A stretch of DNA of 64,000 bases, taken from the NCBI GenBank assembly GCA_903913865.1, contig CAIWMU010000213.1:26854-90853 (forward strand), written 5' to 3'. Source of the DNA: an uncultured Verrucomicrobia subdivision 3 bacterium. Lineage in GTDB: Bacteria; Verrucomicrobiota; Verrucomicrobiia; Limisphaerales; UBA8199. This document shows positions 34,801 to 43,524 of the stretch, in pieces. Within the stretch, counting starts at the first letter, position 1. Each line of letters begins with the position of its first letter. Made by a program: the position numbers and the translations under genes. The notes below the pieces were generated by a model. It was not told where the DNA came from. It did not search any database and saw only the letters and a list, made by a program, of their open reading frames with translations.

Positions 34801-35085
34801 GGTCGATTCGGAACCTGGAGTCACTGCGGTTGTTTCCCGCCGCCCCGAGCGGTTGACTGTTCCTTTCCTTATGGAAACAGAAGCTTCGCCGGGGGTTATC
34901 TGAAACACCCCTTGGGGAGTCCGGCCACGGTATTCAGCACCGGTGCCCGCCTCAAAATAGATGGGCGTGCCGGGTGCCAGAGATGGGGAGGCCGGTAGCG
35001 AAGTGGTGGAGCCGAAGGCGCTGGAGGCGATACCGGCGAAAAGAATGCAGGGTCCCACCCGTGTGAGCAGTTTGAAAGCGTTCAT
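31843..35085 (-). CDS. Exported 1080-aa SBBP-repeat plus BNR/Asp-box beta-propeller protein, with a C-terminal module ending LFRLRRK.
   Basis: The ATG at 35085 is 1 nt after the bamA stop and gives the signal MNAFKLLTRVGPCILFAGIASSAFG. There are at least six SBBP units (GGSGxDxGxGIAVDSxGNAYxTGxTxSTNFP). A central block has five SxDxGxxW Asp boxes: STDSGAHW, SVDAGSTW, TRDACASW, STNAGTNW and STDSGDTW. Confidence 0.8.
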   Translation of the reverse strand: MNAFKLLTRVGPCILFAGIASSAFGSTTSLPASPSLAPGTPIYFEAGTGAEYRGRTPQGVFQITPGEASVSIRKGTVNRSGRRETTAVTPGSESTSSTLKFSLLNPNPKARIEGLDELPGRVNYLIGSDPSAWRTGLSTFTRVKVASAYTGVDLVYYGNQEQLEYDFVVAPGVDPRPIGFRIQGADGVSLSPQGDLIIKIAGDELRQHRPVVYQEQNGVRQPIAAEFDLRAAQTVGFKIGSYNTSLPLVIDPVLSYTRLAGGKGSDTGWDIALDALGNVFVAGQTLSANLGATHGSLQPAYGGGFAGAGGDAFVAKFSNSGLLQYMTYLGGSGNDSAAGIAVDSTGNAYITGVTDSTNFPTVNPIAGKISGTNSPFLRLYPYDAFVSKLNPTGSGLVYSTYLGGNLEDQGIAIAVDSTGSAYVTGFTLSTNFPLVNAWQSTNSGFDDLFVSKLTPAGSALAYSTYVGGAYDDHGSGIAVDSIGRAFVTGYTSSTNYPVTTDAFQGDLYALKDAFLTVLEPDGRSLNYSTFIGGSGDDIGYRVVLDASGNPLVTGTEASSGFPVTPGAVNTGGLYSSVNSGGLWTLSGDGLFYNQADVIQVDGKSPGTVYAGNSRGLFRSTDSGAHWNSIFPKTQPVSVFAQDPVNASILYAGQTSLKKSVDAGSTWTDASLGLNTVGLTSIVIDPLHHTNLYAATLNGVYASTLSGDLWIARVSGLKDLHVTSLAINPVNTSNLFAVTWDGVFRTRDACASWQVITPNFTNFQASKVVIDPSNPSRVYIAGAGGIARSTNAGTNWTRLTVGFDVSNILTLTLDPTTPSTLYVGSWTGIHRSTDSGDTWTPITNGLASRPVCSVAVNPANPATVYAGTIASWCGDSDAFLMKFGTNGFSLTFGGCGIDQGWSVAVDSSGIPIVVGSTTATNFPIRNASGFLSSTNKGGQDAFITVFKADGSDYLHSFYLGGSGDDFALGLATDPAGNAYIVGETASTNFPSSGTNSTLTGQNDMFIAKISMDPALTAGVTNSRLKLQWKAFSPEYTLERGSGSTGTAAWTTLSNTPSLINGSHQVLIDTTNPASLFRLRRK

Positions 35086-35086
35086 G

Positions 35087-37546
35087 TTAAAACTCCCGGG
35101 TGTAGCCCACGCCGAATTGGAAACGGCCGGAACCCGAGTTGTATTGGTCATGTTGAATGGGGATGCCGTAGTCGAGACGGAGCGGACCGATCGGGAGGTT
35201 CAAACGCAGGCCCACACCATAGTTGTCGCTATAATTTGAGAAATTAAAGTCATACGCCTTGGACATGACATTGCCGATATCGTAGAAGAGGGCGAAACGG
35301 AACCGTTCGATGATGGGTATGCTGTATTCCGCAGAACCAAACCAGAACGTATCGCCCCCGATGGGTTCCTTGAGTGCCTCCTCGCGGGGGCTGATCCCCC
35401 TGTAACGAAAGCCACGCAGGGAGTAAAGGCCGCCCAGATAGTAGCGCTCGTAGAAGGGAACATCGACGGTGTTGTCGAACGCCTCAACAACGCCGGAACG
35501 ACCTGCCAGTTCCAGCACATGTCCCGGTGCGAGACCCTTGAAATACCAGGCACTGCGCAGTTCCAGTTTGTAGAAGGAGCGATCGCCGCCCATGGGACCA
35601 CCGACCAGTTCGCCGAACAACTCAGTGCGCTGGCCCTTGTTTGGAAGGGTGACGCTGTTTCGGGTGTCGTAGGCGATGGAAGAACCAAGACGGGAGAGGA
35701 GGGTGTGCCCACTCTCATCAAGAAGGGCCTGGGGGGCAGTCGGGGGTAGTTCGATGTAGGTGGGTTGATCCCTTCCGGAGCCCTGCTGCGGAACAATGAG
35801 CGGTCCGTGGGCTGAACTATTCAGCAGAATGCCGACGTCCTCAATCGTGTAGCTGACGCTCCCGATCAGGAAGTCGCTGCCCAATGCGCGGGTGAGGCTT
35901 ACCCGTGCACCAAGCCGCGTCTCATCGTAGAGGTTTTCAATGCTTTGAAAGTTGAGGTTGCGGTAGAACAAATCCACTCCCAGGGCGAGCTTCCTGCCCA
36001 GGAACCACGGTTCGATGAACGAGGCGAGGTAATCCTGACGCTGTGTGCCGACCTGAACACGGAGCCGGAACTTCTGACCACCGCCTGTGAAAGTCGGGGG
36101 ATGGAAGAGATCAAAATTGCCCTGACTGACTTCCGCGAAACCGACAACGGAATCCACGGAACTGAATCCCGCGCCCATGGAGATGTTCCCCGTATTCTTC
36201 TCATCCACACCGACAACGAGGTTCTTGCCACGCTGCACATCCGTATCCTCGGAGCGCGTATCCACCTTCTCAAAGTATTGCAAGCCTTCGAGACGCTGTT
36301 TGCTCACCTTGACGCGGACCATGTCGAACACTTCGCCCGGAGCCACAGCCAACTCGCGGCGGATCACCTTGTCCTTGGTCTTCGTATTGCCGTGAATCTC
36401 AACCTTCTCGATATTGAACTGTTTTCCCTCGTCAATCTTGAATTCGAGATCCATGGTTCCCCGTTCAATGTTGGGGATACGGACCACGGAGAGATTGCGG
36501 GACCCCGCTGTCACATCAATGTAGCCCTTGGAGCCGTAAAAATCTTCCAGTGCCTCGAGGTCCTTGGTGAGACCCTTGGGGGTGAACGTATCGCCAACAT
36601 CCATGGGCAGGTTGTGAACGCCCTGCTTGAATTTTGATCCCCGGAAGAGTTGGACAAAACGAACCCCGTTGGTGATCTCTCCGAGACTGAAGACCTTGTT
36701 GCCGGTCAGGTTGACTGAGCCGACCTTGTATTTCCGGCCCTCGAACACATACAATCTAAGGACCATTGTGCGGGCGGTGGGCTTCTCGATCTTGACCTCC
36801 CTGAGCTCATAGTCGATGTAGCCATTGTCGCGGTAGAATTCAGCGAGCTTTTCCTTGTCCTCCTCGAACTGTTCATCCTTGAGATACCCACTGCCGGTAA
36901 GCCAGGAGAACATCCAATGCTTCCGGGTTTTGATCAGCTTCCTGAGCTTCTTCTGTGGGAAAGCTGTGGCACCGACGAAATCGACCTCAGTGATTTTGAC
37001 CTTCGGACTTTCATGGATCTCAAAGGTGGCAGTTCCGCGCCCGACACTTTCATCAATGTTGAGCACATACTTGACCTGCGTGCTCGGGTAGCCGGACTTC
37101 TGATACATCTTCTCGATTTCCTGGGTGTCGGTGAAGAGCTTCCGCTCGTCCAGGGGTTGGCCGACCTTGGATGTGATCTTCTTTTGAAGTTTGGAATTGC
37201 TGAACTTTTTGTTGCCAGTGAACTTCACATCCGTCAGGCGGGGTTTGCCCTGGACGATGTAGGTCAGAACAAGTCCGTCACGGCCGTTTTCCTCGGTGAC
37301 GCGGATGTTGTAAAAGAGGCCGGTGCCGTAGAGGTTCCGGACGTCGTCATCGACGCCGGTGCGGATGTAGGGTTCCCCGGCCTTGACGCGAACATTGGCG
37401 CGTATCAGCTCATCGCTCACGCCGGGAGGGCCAACGTGTTTGATATCGACACGGGCAACCTTCAAGGAACTGGGTTGAGCCCATGCTGCGGACCCGAGGG
37501 CCAGCAGCAGCAACACCATCCCGCACAGACGAAACAAGGATTTCAT
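35087..37546 (-). CDS. bamA: Outer membrane protein assembly factor BamA (Omp85).
   Basis: The signal peptide is MKSLFRLCGMVLLLLALGSAAWA. Repeated POTRA-like units are followed by a C-terminal beta-barrel ending FQFGVGYTREF. The ATG at 37546 is preferred over the TTG at 37558. Confidence 0.9.
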   Translation of the reverse strand: MKSLFRLCGMVLLLLALGSAAWAQPSSLKVARVDIKHVGPPGVSDELIRANVRVKAGEPYIRTGVDDDVRNLYGTGLFYNIRVTEENGRDGLVLTYIVQGKPRLTDVKFTGNKKFSNSKLQKKITSKVGQPLDERKLFTDTQEIEKMYQKSGYPSTQVKYVLNIDESVGRGTATFEIHESPKVKITEVDFVGATAFPQKKLRKLIKTRKHWMFSWLTGSGYLKDEQFEEDKEKLAEFYRDNGYIDYELREVKIEKPTARTMVLRLYVFEGRKYKVGSVNLTGNKVFSLGEITNGVRFVQLFRGSKFKQGVHNLPMDVGDTFTPKGLTKDLEALEDFYGSKGYIDVTAGSRNLSVVRIPNIERGTMDLEFKIDEGKQFNIEKVEIHGNTKTKDKVIRRELAVAPGEVFDMVRVKVSKQRLEGLQYFEKVDTRSEDTDVQRGKNLVVGVDEKNTGNISMGAGFSSVDSVVGFAEVSQGNFDLFHPPTFTGGGQKFRLRVQVGTQRQDYLASFIEPWFLGRKLALGVDLFYRNLNFQSIENLYDETRLGARVSLTRALGSDFLIGSVSYTIEDVGILLNSSAHGPLIVPQQGSGRDQPTYIELPPTAPQALLDESGHTLLSRLGSSIAYDTRNSVTLPNKGQRTELFGELVGGPMGGDRSFYKLELRSAWYFKGLAPGHVLELAGRSGVVEAFDNTVDVPFYERYYLGGLYSLRGFRYRGISPREEALKEPIGGDTFWFGSAEYSIPIIERFRFALFYDIGNVMSKAYDFNFSNYSDNYGVGLRLNLPIGPLRLDYGIPIQHDQYNSGSGRFQFGVGYTREF

Positions 37547-37554
37547 TGGGTCGG

Positions 37555-39024
37555 TCAATTCGGCACGTCTTCTTCACTCACCACCGCCGGGCTTTCGAAG
37601 CGGGTGAACGATTTGTAAAAAGTCAGGTTCACATCGCCTGTCGGGCCGTTCCGCTGCTTGGCAATCAACAGGTTAACGGCAACTGTGTCCTCTTCCGTTC
37701 CTGCGGCGCCATCTTCTTCATCACCGCTACTCGGCTTGTATAGCAGCCCAATCAGGTCTGCATCCTGCTCGATTGAGCCGGATTCCCTCAGGTCGGACAT
37801 CCGCGGTTTCCGGTTCTTATCTTTTTCCAGTTCACGATTCAACTGGCTCAGGACGATGATAGGAACATTCAGTTCCTTGGCCAGCGACTTCACGCCACTG
37901 GAGATGTCCGCGATCTCCTGTTGCCGATTCTCAGCCCTTTTGGAAGTAGAATGAAGCAGCTGAAGATAGTCAATGACGAAAAGCTTGATGTGGTGCTGCT
38001 GGTGCATGCGCCGGGCCTTGGCCCGGAGTTGCAGGATCGAAAGACCCGACGAGTCATCGATGAAGATCGGGGCCGAGGAGAGCTTGCTGGCAGCCCCCGT
38101 GAGCTTCGGAAAGTCACGATCGGCCAGAAACCCCTCCCGGACGTTCCGCATGTTGACCTTGGACCGGGAGCAGAGCATCCGCAGCACCAGTGAGTCTGCG
38201 GTCATTTCCAGGCTGAACACTCCCACCGGCTGTTGTTGTTCGACCGCCACATATTCCGCGATGTTCATCGCGAGACTCGTCTTACCCATCGAGGGTCGGG
38301 CGGCGATGACAATCATTTCCCCCCCATGCAGACCGGTGGTCATCTTGTCCAGTTGCCTGAACCCTGTCGCCACCCCGGAGAGCATTCCCTGGCGCAAATG
38401 GAAGTCCTCGATCTGGGTGATTGCCGCCTTCACCAGGTCGGCTATCTCCATTTTCTTCTCCGAGACCCTGGACTGGCTGACTTTCAGGATGTCCCGTTCC
38501 ACCTCATCCAGCAGTGCATCGACATCCTGCTCCTCTTCGAAGACGCGGGTGACGACTCCCGTGCAGAGCTGGACCACCCTCCGGAGCAGGTATTTCTCAC
38601 GGACGATTTCTGCGTAATATCCTATGTTTGCGGCTGAAGGGGATTTGTCAGGCAGTGACGAGAGGTAGTCGAGGCCCCCCACCTGATCCAGAACCATGGT
38701 GTCCCGCAACCTCTGAGGCAAAGTGATGAGATCAATTGGCTCGCGGGAGTCATACATTGTCACCAGCACATTGAAGATGGTCTGGTGCCGCAGGTCGTAG
38801 AAGACTTCATCCCCCTTCAGTTTCTCAATGGCCTCGGAAACAGCCTCCCCGGGGCAGAGAAGGATTGATCCCAGAACTCCCTGTTCCGCCTCAATGGAGT
38901 GGGGCGGTAGACGATCCAGTCTCGGAGTGGTGGAGGGGGTCAGAGTCCTCCGCCGTGTCCGTTTCCGTTCGGCTCCGTTCGAGCCTTCTTCTTGTGTGGA
39001 ATCGTTCATGCTATCACCAAACAA
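37555..39024 (-). CDS. dnaB: Replicative DNA helicase.
   Basis: Segments seen: PPHSIEAEQGVLGSILL, the Walker A motif AARPSMGKTSLAMN, VIDYLQLL and IIVLSQLNRELE. Confidence 0.93.
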   Translation of the reverse strand: MFGDSMNDSTQEEGSNGAERKRTRRRTLTPSTTPRLDRLPPHSIEAEQGVLGSILLCPGEAVSEAIEKLKGDEVFYDLRHQTIFNVLVTMYDSREPIDLITLPQRLRDTMVLDQVGGLDYLSSLPDKSPSAANIGYYAEIVREKYLLRRVVQLCTGVVTRVFEEEQDVDALLDEVERDILKVSQSRVSEKKMEIADLVKAAITQIEDFHLRQGMLSGVATGFRQLDKMTTGLHGGEMIVIAARPSMGKTSLAMNIAEYVAVEQQQPVGVFSLEMTADSLVLRMLCSRSKVNMRNVREGFLADRDFPKLTGAASKLSSAPIFIDDSSGLSILQLRAKARRMHQQHHIKLFVIDYLQLLHSTSKRAENRQQEIADISSGVKSLAKELNVPIIVLSQLNRELEKDKNRKPRMSDLRESGSIEQDADLIGLLYKPSSGDEEDGAAGTEEDTVAVNLLIAKQRNGPTGDVNLTFYKSFTRFESPAVVSEEDVPN

Positions 39025-39102
39025 AATTCCTGCCCGGAAGACAAACCTGAAGTGCTTGAAACTTCACACTTTCGCGTGGTGTCCGGCCGAGGTTGACGCA
39101 AT

Positions 39103-39142
39103 TGAAAAGCAAAGCGGGGATTCCCTCTCCGGGAATCCCCGC
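39103..39142 (-). terminator. Rho-independent terminator after the NDK-like gene.
   Basis: gcggggattcc / 7-nt loop / ggaatccccgc forms an 11-bp perfect stem. On the minus strand it is followed by tttgctttt. Confidence 0.85.
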
Positions 39143-39167
39143 CTGACATTGTCTGGAAAAGGGCCTT

Positions 39168-40337
39168 CTATTTTCCGTAGAACTGTTCAACCACCTCGCG
39201 GAAGGTGTTTTCGCCGACGTTCACAATTCCCATTTCCCGAGCCGCATTTTCGGGAGAATCGCTGGCGTGTGCTGCGTTGATCATCACCGTCTGGCCAAAC
39301 TCGCGGCGGATGGAACCCGGGGGTGCCTTTGAAGGATCTGTCGGTCCGAGGACGTCCCGGATCTTCCGGACAGCCTCCACACCCTCGTAAACGAGAGCAA
39401 TGCACTTCTCCGAGCCCGGCTGGTTGATCTCGCCAAGGGGCGTCTCCGACGGGGCACGTCCGGACATGAATTTCACGATGTTCTCAAACTGGTTGTCCGC
39501 GAACACGGGGCCGAGACTTTCCCCCAACTGCGACTCAATCTGTGGGGAAACCTTGATCCCCAGTTCCTTTTCCAAGGCCAGTTTGGCCTTCCCGGCGACC
39601 ATGTCCTTCAGCTTGATGCGCAGCACTTCCCGCACGGGGCCATAAAATTCAAGGGCCTGTGCCACGCTCATGCGGTGCAATTTGACTGCGACGATATACA
39701 GGCCGGTCCGGGAAAAGAAATCGATCATGTTGCCCGGGCGTCCTGTCGGGAACCGGAAGTTCTCCGGCTTGATCAACACAAGGGTTCTCTGGGGAGGTGC
39801 CTCGGGGGCATAGGTCAGAACGTTTTCCAGAACACCACCATCGGCGTCGGAATAACTGGCCCACAAGCGGAGTTTGGAGGCGGCCTCTTCCGCAGTGGGA
39901 GCGGCCAGAACGGCTGGTTCGAAGTATTTCACCTCATCGCTCTCGTCGGTGATGAGATCCCCGTAGGTGTCCCGGATGGTCTCACCTCCACGGCGGTCAG
40001 TGGTGATATTCCCGATTACGGAACGGGTCTTCCTCACAGCGTCCTCTCCCTGGAAGAGCATCATCATCACCCGGCGCCGACGTCCTGTTTTGGGATCGGG
40101 GCTGAGGTTTTTGATGATGTAATTGTAAATAAGCTCCTGAATACGACGATCCTGGGGGTCGTTGGCTGAAATGGTCTCTTCCGCATATTTTTGAATCAGC
40201 TCGGCGCTGGGGGAGAACATGCGGGCACCAACCAATTCAAGACCGGTGCGGGTAATCAGACGGCTCAGAATGCCTCCCGTGCGGGACTTATGCAGGGAGT
40301 AGGGGGTGATGATGACGTAAGCGAGTTGTTGGGACAT
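39168..40337 (-). CDS. Tandem nucleoside-diphosphate-kinase-fold protein. The N-terminal copy is degenerate. The C-terminal copy keeps the catalytic His.
   Basis: Domain 2 has RTLVLIKPE.., GPTDPSKAPPGSIRREFG and NAAHASDSPENAAREM (the NxxHxSDS active-site motif). Domain 1 has AYVIITPYS.. and GETIRDTYG, but has EPAVLAAPT where the His motif should be. Confidence 0.75.
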   Translation of the reverse strand: MSQQLAYVIITPYSLHKSRTGGILSRLITRTGLELVGARMFSPSAELIQKYAEETISANDPQDRRIQELIYNYIIKNLSPDPKTGRRRRVMMMLFQGEDAVRKTRSVIGNITTDRRGGETIRDTYGDLITDESDEVKYFEPAVLAAPTAEEAASKLRLWASYSDADGGVLENVLTYAPEAPPQRTLVLIKPENFRFPTGRPGNMIDFFSRTGLYIVAVKLHRMSVAQALEFYGPVREVLRIKLKDMVAGKAKLALEKELGIKVSPQIESQLGESLGPVFADNQFENIVKFMSGRAPSETPLGEINQPGSEKCIALVYEGVEAVRKIRDVLGPTDPSKAPPGSIRREFGQTVMINAAHASDSPENAAREMGIVNVGENTFREVVEQFYGK

Positions 40338-40342
40338 AGTTA

Positions 40343-40552
40343 TCAGGATTTCGTGGGGGGGGTGGTGGAATCCGTCACGGCGGATTCCTGCGCTGCAGCA
40401 GCACTGGCTTTACCACCCAAAATTTTAAACATGACTGTTCCGCAGGTTGGGCACTTGCCTTTTATGGCTTTGCGCCCGTTCTTCATCGTTTCCTCAACAG
40501 CATCGATGATTTCCTTTTTTGCTTTGCATTTGACGCAATATCCTTCGGGCAT
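40343..40552 (-). CDS. Small zinc-ribbon protein (DUF5679-like).
   Basis: MPEGYCVKCKAKKEI...GKCPTCGTVMFKILG has a CxxC...CxxC pattern. I place the start at the ATG at 40552. Its stop is 5 nt before the NDK-like start. Confidence 0.6.
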   Translation of the reverse strand: MPEGYCVKCKAKKEIIDAVEETMKNGRKAIKGKCPTCGTVMFKILGGKASAAAAQESAVTDSTTPPTKS

Positions 40553-40762
40553 AGAAAATTTGGCCGCGATGACGCTGTATGCGCCCCGCAGTAACCAAGA
40601 TACCTTATTGGCGGTCACTTGCCAACGTCAACTCGAAAAAGGCTGGTTTGCTGGGAAATCGGAGGCTCTGATTGCGCAAATTGCTGTATGCAAGCAGTTT
40701 GCGACAGTAATTCCCAACCAGCGCTCCTGAAATCACCCTAAAAAGCGGATTGTGACCGTGGT

Positions 40763-42277
40763 TTAGTGCTTTTCTGCAAGAAGATCAGCCATCTGTTCCC
40801 GCAGGGTGGTCTTCAGAATTTTTCCGGTGGCATTTCTGGGGAGGGCGTTCATGAGCACGATGTGCTTGGGGACTTTGTAATCGGCAAGTTCCTTCTTTAG
40901 AAAGGCTTGCATGGCTTTCACATCGAGGATGACGCCATCCAGCGGAGCAACAAAAGCCACCGGTTGTTCTCCTCGTCGATCGTCCGGTTTCCCAACCACT
41001 GCGGCTTCCTTCACACCCGGGAAGTGATAAAGAACCTCCTCGATCTGTCTGGGGTAAACATTAATGCCGTTGACGAGCAGCATGTCTTTCTTGCGATCAG
41101 TGACATAAAAATAGCCATCCTCGTCCACATGCCCGATGTCTCCAGTGAGGAGCCATTTGTCACGCATCACCCTCGCGGTCTCTTCAGGCTGGTTCCAATA
41201 ACCCATCATCACGTTGCCCCCGCGGACGCAAATTTCCCCCGTCTGGTGTGGCGGGAGGATATTGCCCTGATCATCCTGAATCGATACCTCGACTCCGGAA
41301 ACGGGCAAGCCGATGGATCCCGGTTTGCGGATTCCGTTGATCGGGTTTTTGGTGGCCACCGGGCTGGTCTCGCTGAGGCCGTAGCCTTCAAGAAGGGGGA
41401 TTTTGAACTTTTCCTCGAACTCCTTGAGCACTTGCACTGGTAGCGGGGCCGCGCCGCTGACGCAGACGCGGAACGGAAAGGGCATCGTATGACCGTGGGA
41501 AGCCAGGCTGCGGTAGAACTGTGGGATCGCGGGGAGGATGGTGGCTTTTGCCTGGATCATCTCCTGAAGCGCATGGCGGACTGGATGGAGAGACTTGACC
41601 AGAACGATGGATCCGCCCACAAGAAGGGGGAGCAGCATTCCCACCGTGAGCATGTAACTGTGGAAAAGCGGAAGCAGAACGGCCATCCGGTCATCGGTGA
41701 TGGTTTGGAGAACGATCCGGCAGCTCTCAACGTTATGCAGGAGGTTCCCGTGGGAAAGCATCGCGCCCTTGGGCTGGCCCGTGGTGCCGGATGTGTAGAT
41801 GAGCACCGCCAGGTCGGATTCGGTGGCCTGAGTCGGGGCTGTCCAACCGGAGTCCACGGACAGGTGCTCCTGCTCCCAGACTGACAGGTCCACCACACAC
41901 AATTCCGGGTGGTTCTCGCGGAGTGCCTCCCTGTTTTGGATCAGTTCCGCATCCGTCAAGAGCAGGTCGATGCCGGCATCCGTTAAAATGTGCCGGAGTT
42001 CAGGAGCCTTGAGAAAGTTGTTAATGGGGACGACAACGCCCCCCGCCTGAAGGATCCCGAACAGGCCCCAGATGAAGTCGGGGCAGTTCTTCATCCACAG
42101 ACCCACACGGTCCCCGGGCTTGACGCCGAGTTCCCGTGAAAGCCGATATCCAACCCGGTCAGCCCTCGAGCGGATGTCCAGATATGAGAATTGTCGTTCT
42201 CCCCAGCACAGAGCGGTCTTCTCAGGGCGGGCAGCGGCGGAGTTTGCAAATGCAGTCCACAGGTTCATCGTTATCAA
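40763..42277 (-). CDS. AMP-dependent acyl-CoA synthetase/ligase (FadD-like).
   Basis: The AMP-binding signature is LIYTSGTTGQPKGAMLSH. GYGLSETS, TGDIGHVDEDGYFYVTDRKKD and the C-terminal NATGKILK are also present. Confidence 0.9.
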   Translation of the reverse strand: MITMNLWTAFANSAAARPEKTALCWGERQFSYLDIRSRADRVGYRLSRELGVKPGDRVGLWMKNCPDFIWGLFGILQAGGVVVPINNFLKAPELRHILTDAGIDLLLTDAELIQNREALRENHPELCVVDLSVWEQEHLSVDSGWTAPTQATESDLAVLIYTSGTTGQPKGAMLSHGNLLHNVESCRIVLQTITDDRMAVLLPLFHSYMLTVGMLLPLLVGGSIVLVKSLHPVRHALQEMIQAKATILPAIPQFYRSLASHGHTMPFPFRVCVSGAAPLPVQVLKEFEEKFKIPLLEGYGLSETSPVATKNPINGIRKPGSIGLPVSGVEVSIQDDQGNILPPHQTGEICVRGGNVMMGYWNQPEETARVMRDKWLLTGDIGHVDEDGYFYVTDRKKDMLLVNGINVYPRQIEEVLYHFPGVKEAAVVGKPDDRRGEQPVAFVAPLDGVILDVKAMQAFLKKELADYKVPKHIVLMNALPRNATGKILKTTLREQMADLLAEKH

Positions 42278-42397
42278 GATTATGGGAAAGAGTCATGATC
42301 GAGCAAGATCAAGATCAAGCGTGCGGGGGATATGAGACCGGGACGGATCGGACAAAAATTCCTCATGGCATCTGTCGCCCGGGTTCTATATTCTCGA

Positions 42398-43483
42398 ATG
42401 GTGATCGATACGGATGCCAAACTAGACGCTTATCTGGAGACGCTTCGCGAAGCGGAGTGGGTGGCGGTGGATACGGAAGCAGACAGCCTCCATGCCTATC
42501 CTGAGAAGGTCTGTCTCATCCAGATCAGCACCGTGCAGGGGGACCGGTTGATCGATCCGCTGTCCGGAATGGCGATCGATCCGCTGCTGGATGCGCTTGC
42601 CGGGCATGAGCTGATCATGCACGGGTCCGACTACGATCTGCGTCTGCTCCGGAAGCATCATGAGTGGGTGCCCGGTGCCATTTTCGACACGATGCTGGCG
42701 GCCCGGCTTCTGGGGTTGGCACAGTTTGGCTTGAGCCATCTTGTGGAATCGTTCCTGAAGGTGAAGCTGGAGAAAGGCCCCCAAAAGGCCAACTGGGCCT
42801 TGCGCCCCCTCACGTTGCGGATGGAGCAATATGCCAGGAATGACACCCGTTACCTCAAGCCGCTTTCAGACCAGCTCAGGGAGGAGTTGAACCGTCGGGG
42901 CCGGATGGGATGGCATCAGGAATGTTGTGCACGGCTCATCGCCGATTGTGCAAAGCCCAAGGAAGTCGATGCGGACGAAGTTTGGCGGGTGAAGGGAGGG
43001 CATGTTCTCGGTCCTGCGGGGCTTTCCGTCCTCAGGGAACTCTGGCACTGGCGGGAATCCGAGGCGGTGAGGGCGAATCGCCCACCGTTTTTCATCCTCA
43101 GTCATGAGGTGCTGGTGGCGATTGCTCTTGCCGCAGGTGATCAGAGTCCTTATGAGCGCCATCTGCCCCGGCACTTGTCTGAACGCCGCTGTGATGGGGT
43201 TCAAAAGGCGGTGGAGGCAGGGCTTTCTGTTCCTCCCCAGGACCAACCCAGACCCCGGAGGATCATCAGCCGCCGCCCCTTGGAATCGGAGCGGCGCCGC
43301 TTTGCGGAATTGGAGGTGAGGCGTAATGACCGGGCCACCGAACTTGGCATCGACCCGACCCTCATTGCCAGCAGGTCCACCATCTCCGATCTCGCACACG
43401 ATTGGGATCAGGCAGCGCCGAACCTGATGTGCTGGCAGCGGAACCTGATGGAGGGGGAGTCCATCAGGGACCCGGCAGTTTGA
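42398..43483 (+). CDS. rnd: Ribonuclease D.
   Basis: DEDD exonuclease motifs are VAVDTEADSL, MHGSDYDL and YARNDTRYL. An HRDC-like C-terminal region is present. The start is ATG 42398 (MVIDTD) or ATG 42332. Confidence 0.85.
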   Translation: MVIDTDAKLDAYLETLREAEWVAVDTEADSLHAYPEKVCLIQISTVQGDRLIDPLSGMAIDPLLDALAGHELIMHGSDYDLRLLRKHHEWVPGAIFDTMLAARLLGLAQFGLSHLVESFLKVKLEKGPQKANWALRPLTLRMEQYARNDTRYLKPLSDQLREELNRRGRMGWHQECCARLIADCAKPKEVDADEVWRVKGGHVLGPAGLSVLRELWHWRESEAVRANRPPFFILSHEVLVAIALAAGDQSPYERHLPRHLSERRCDGVQKAVEAGLSVPPQDQPRPRRIISRRPLESERRRFAELEVRRNDRATELGIDPTLIASRSTISDLAHDWDQAAPNLMCWQRNLMEGESIRDPAV

Positions 43484-43524
43484 TTCGCCGCCCTTCCGGC
43501 GGGAGTCGACCGTTCAAGCAGCCC

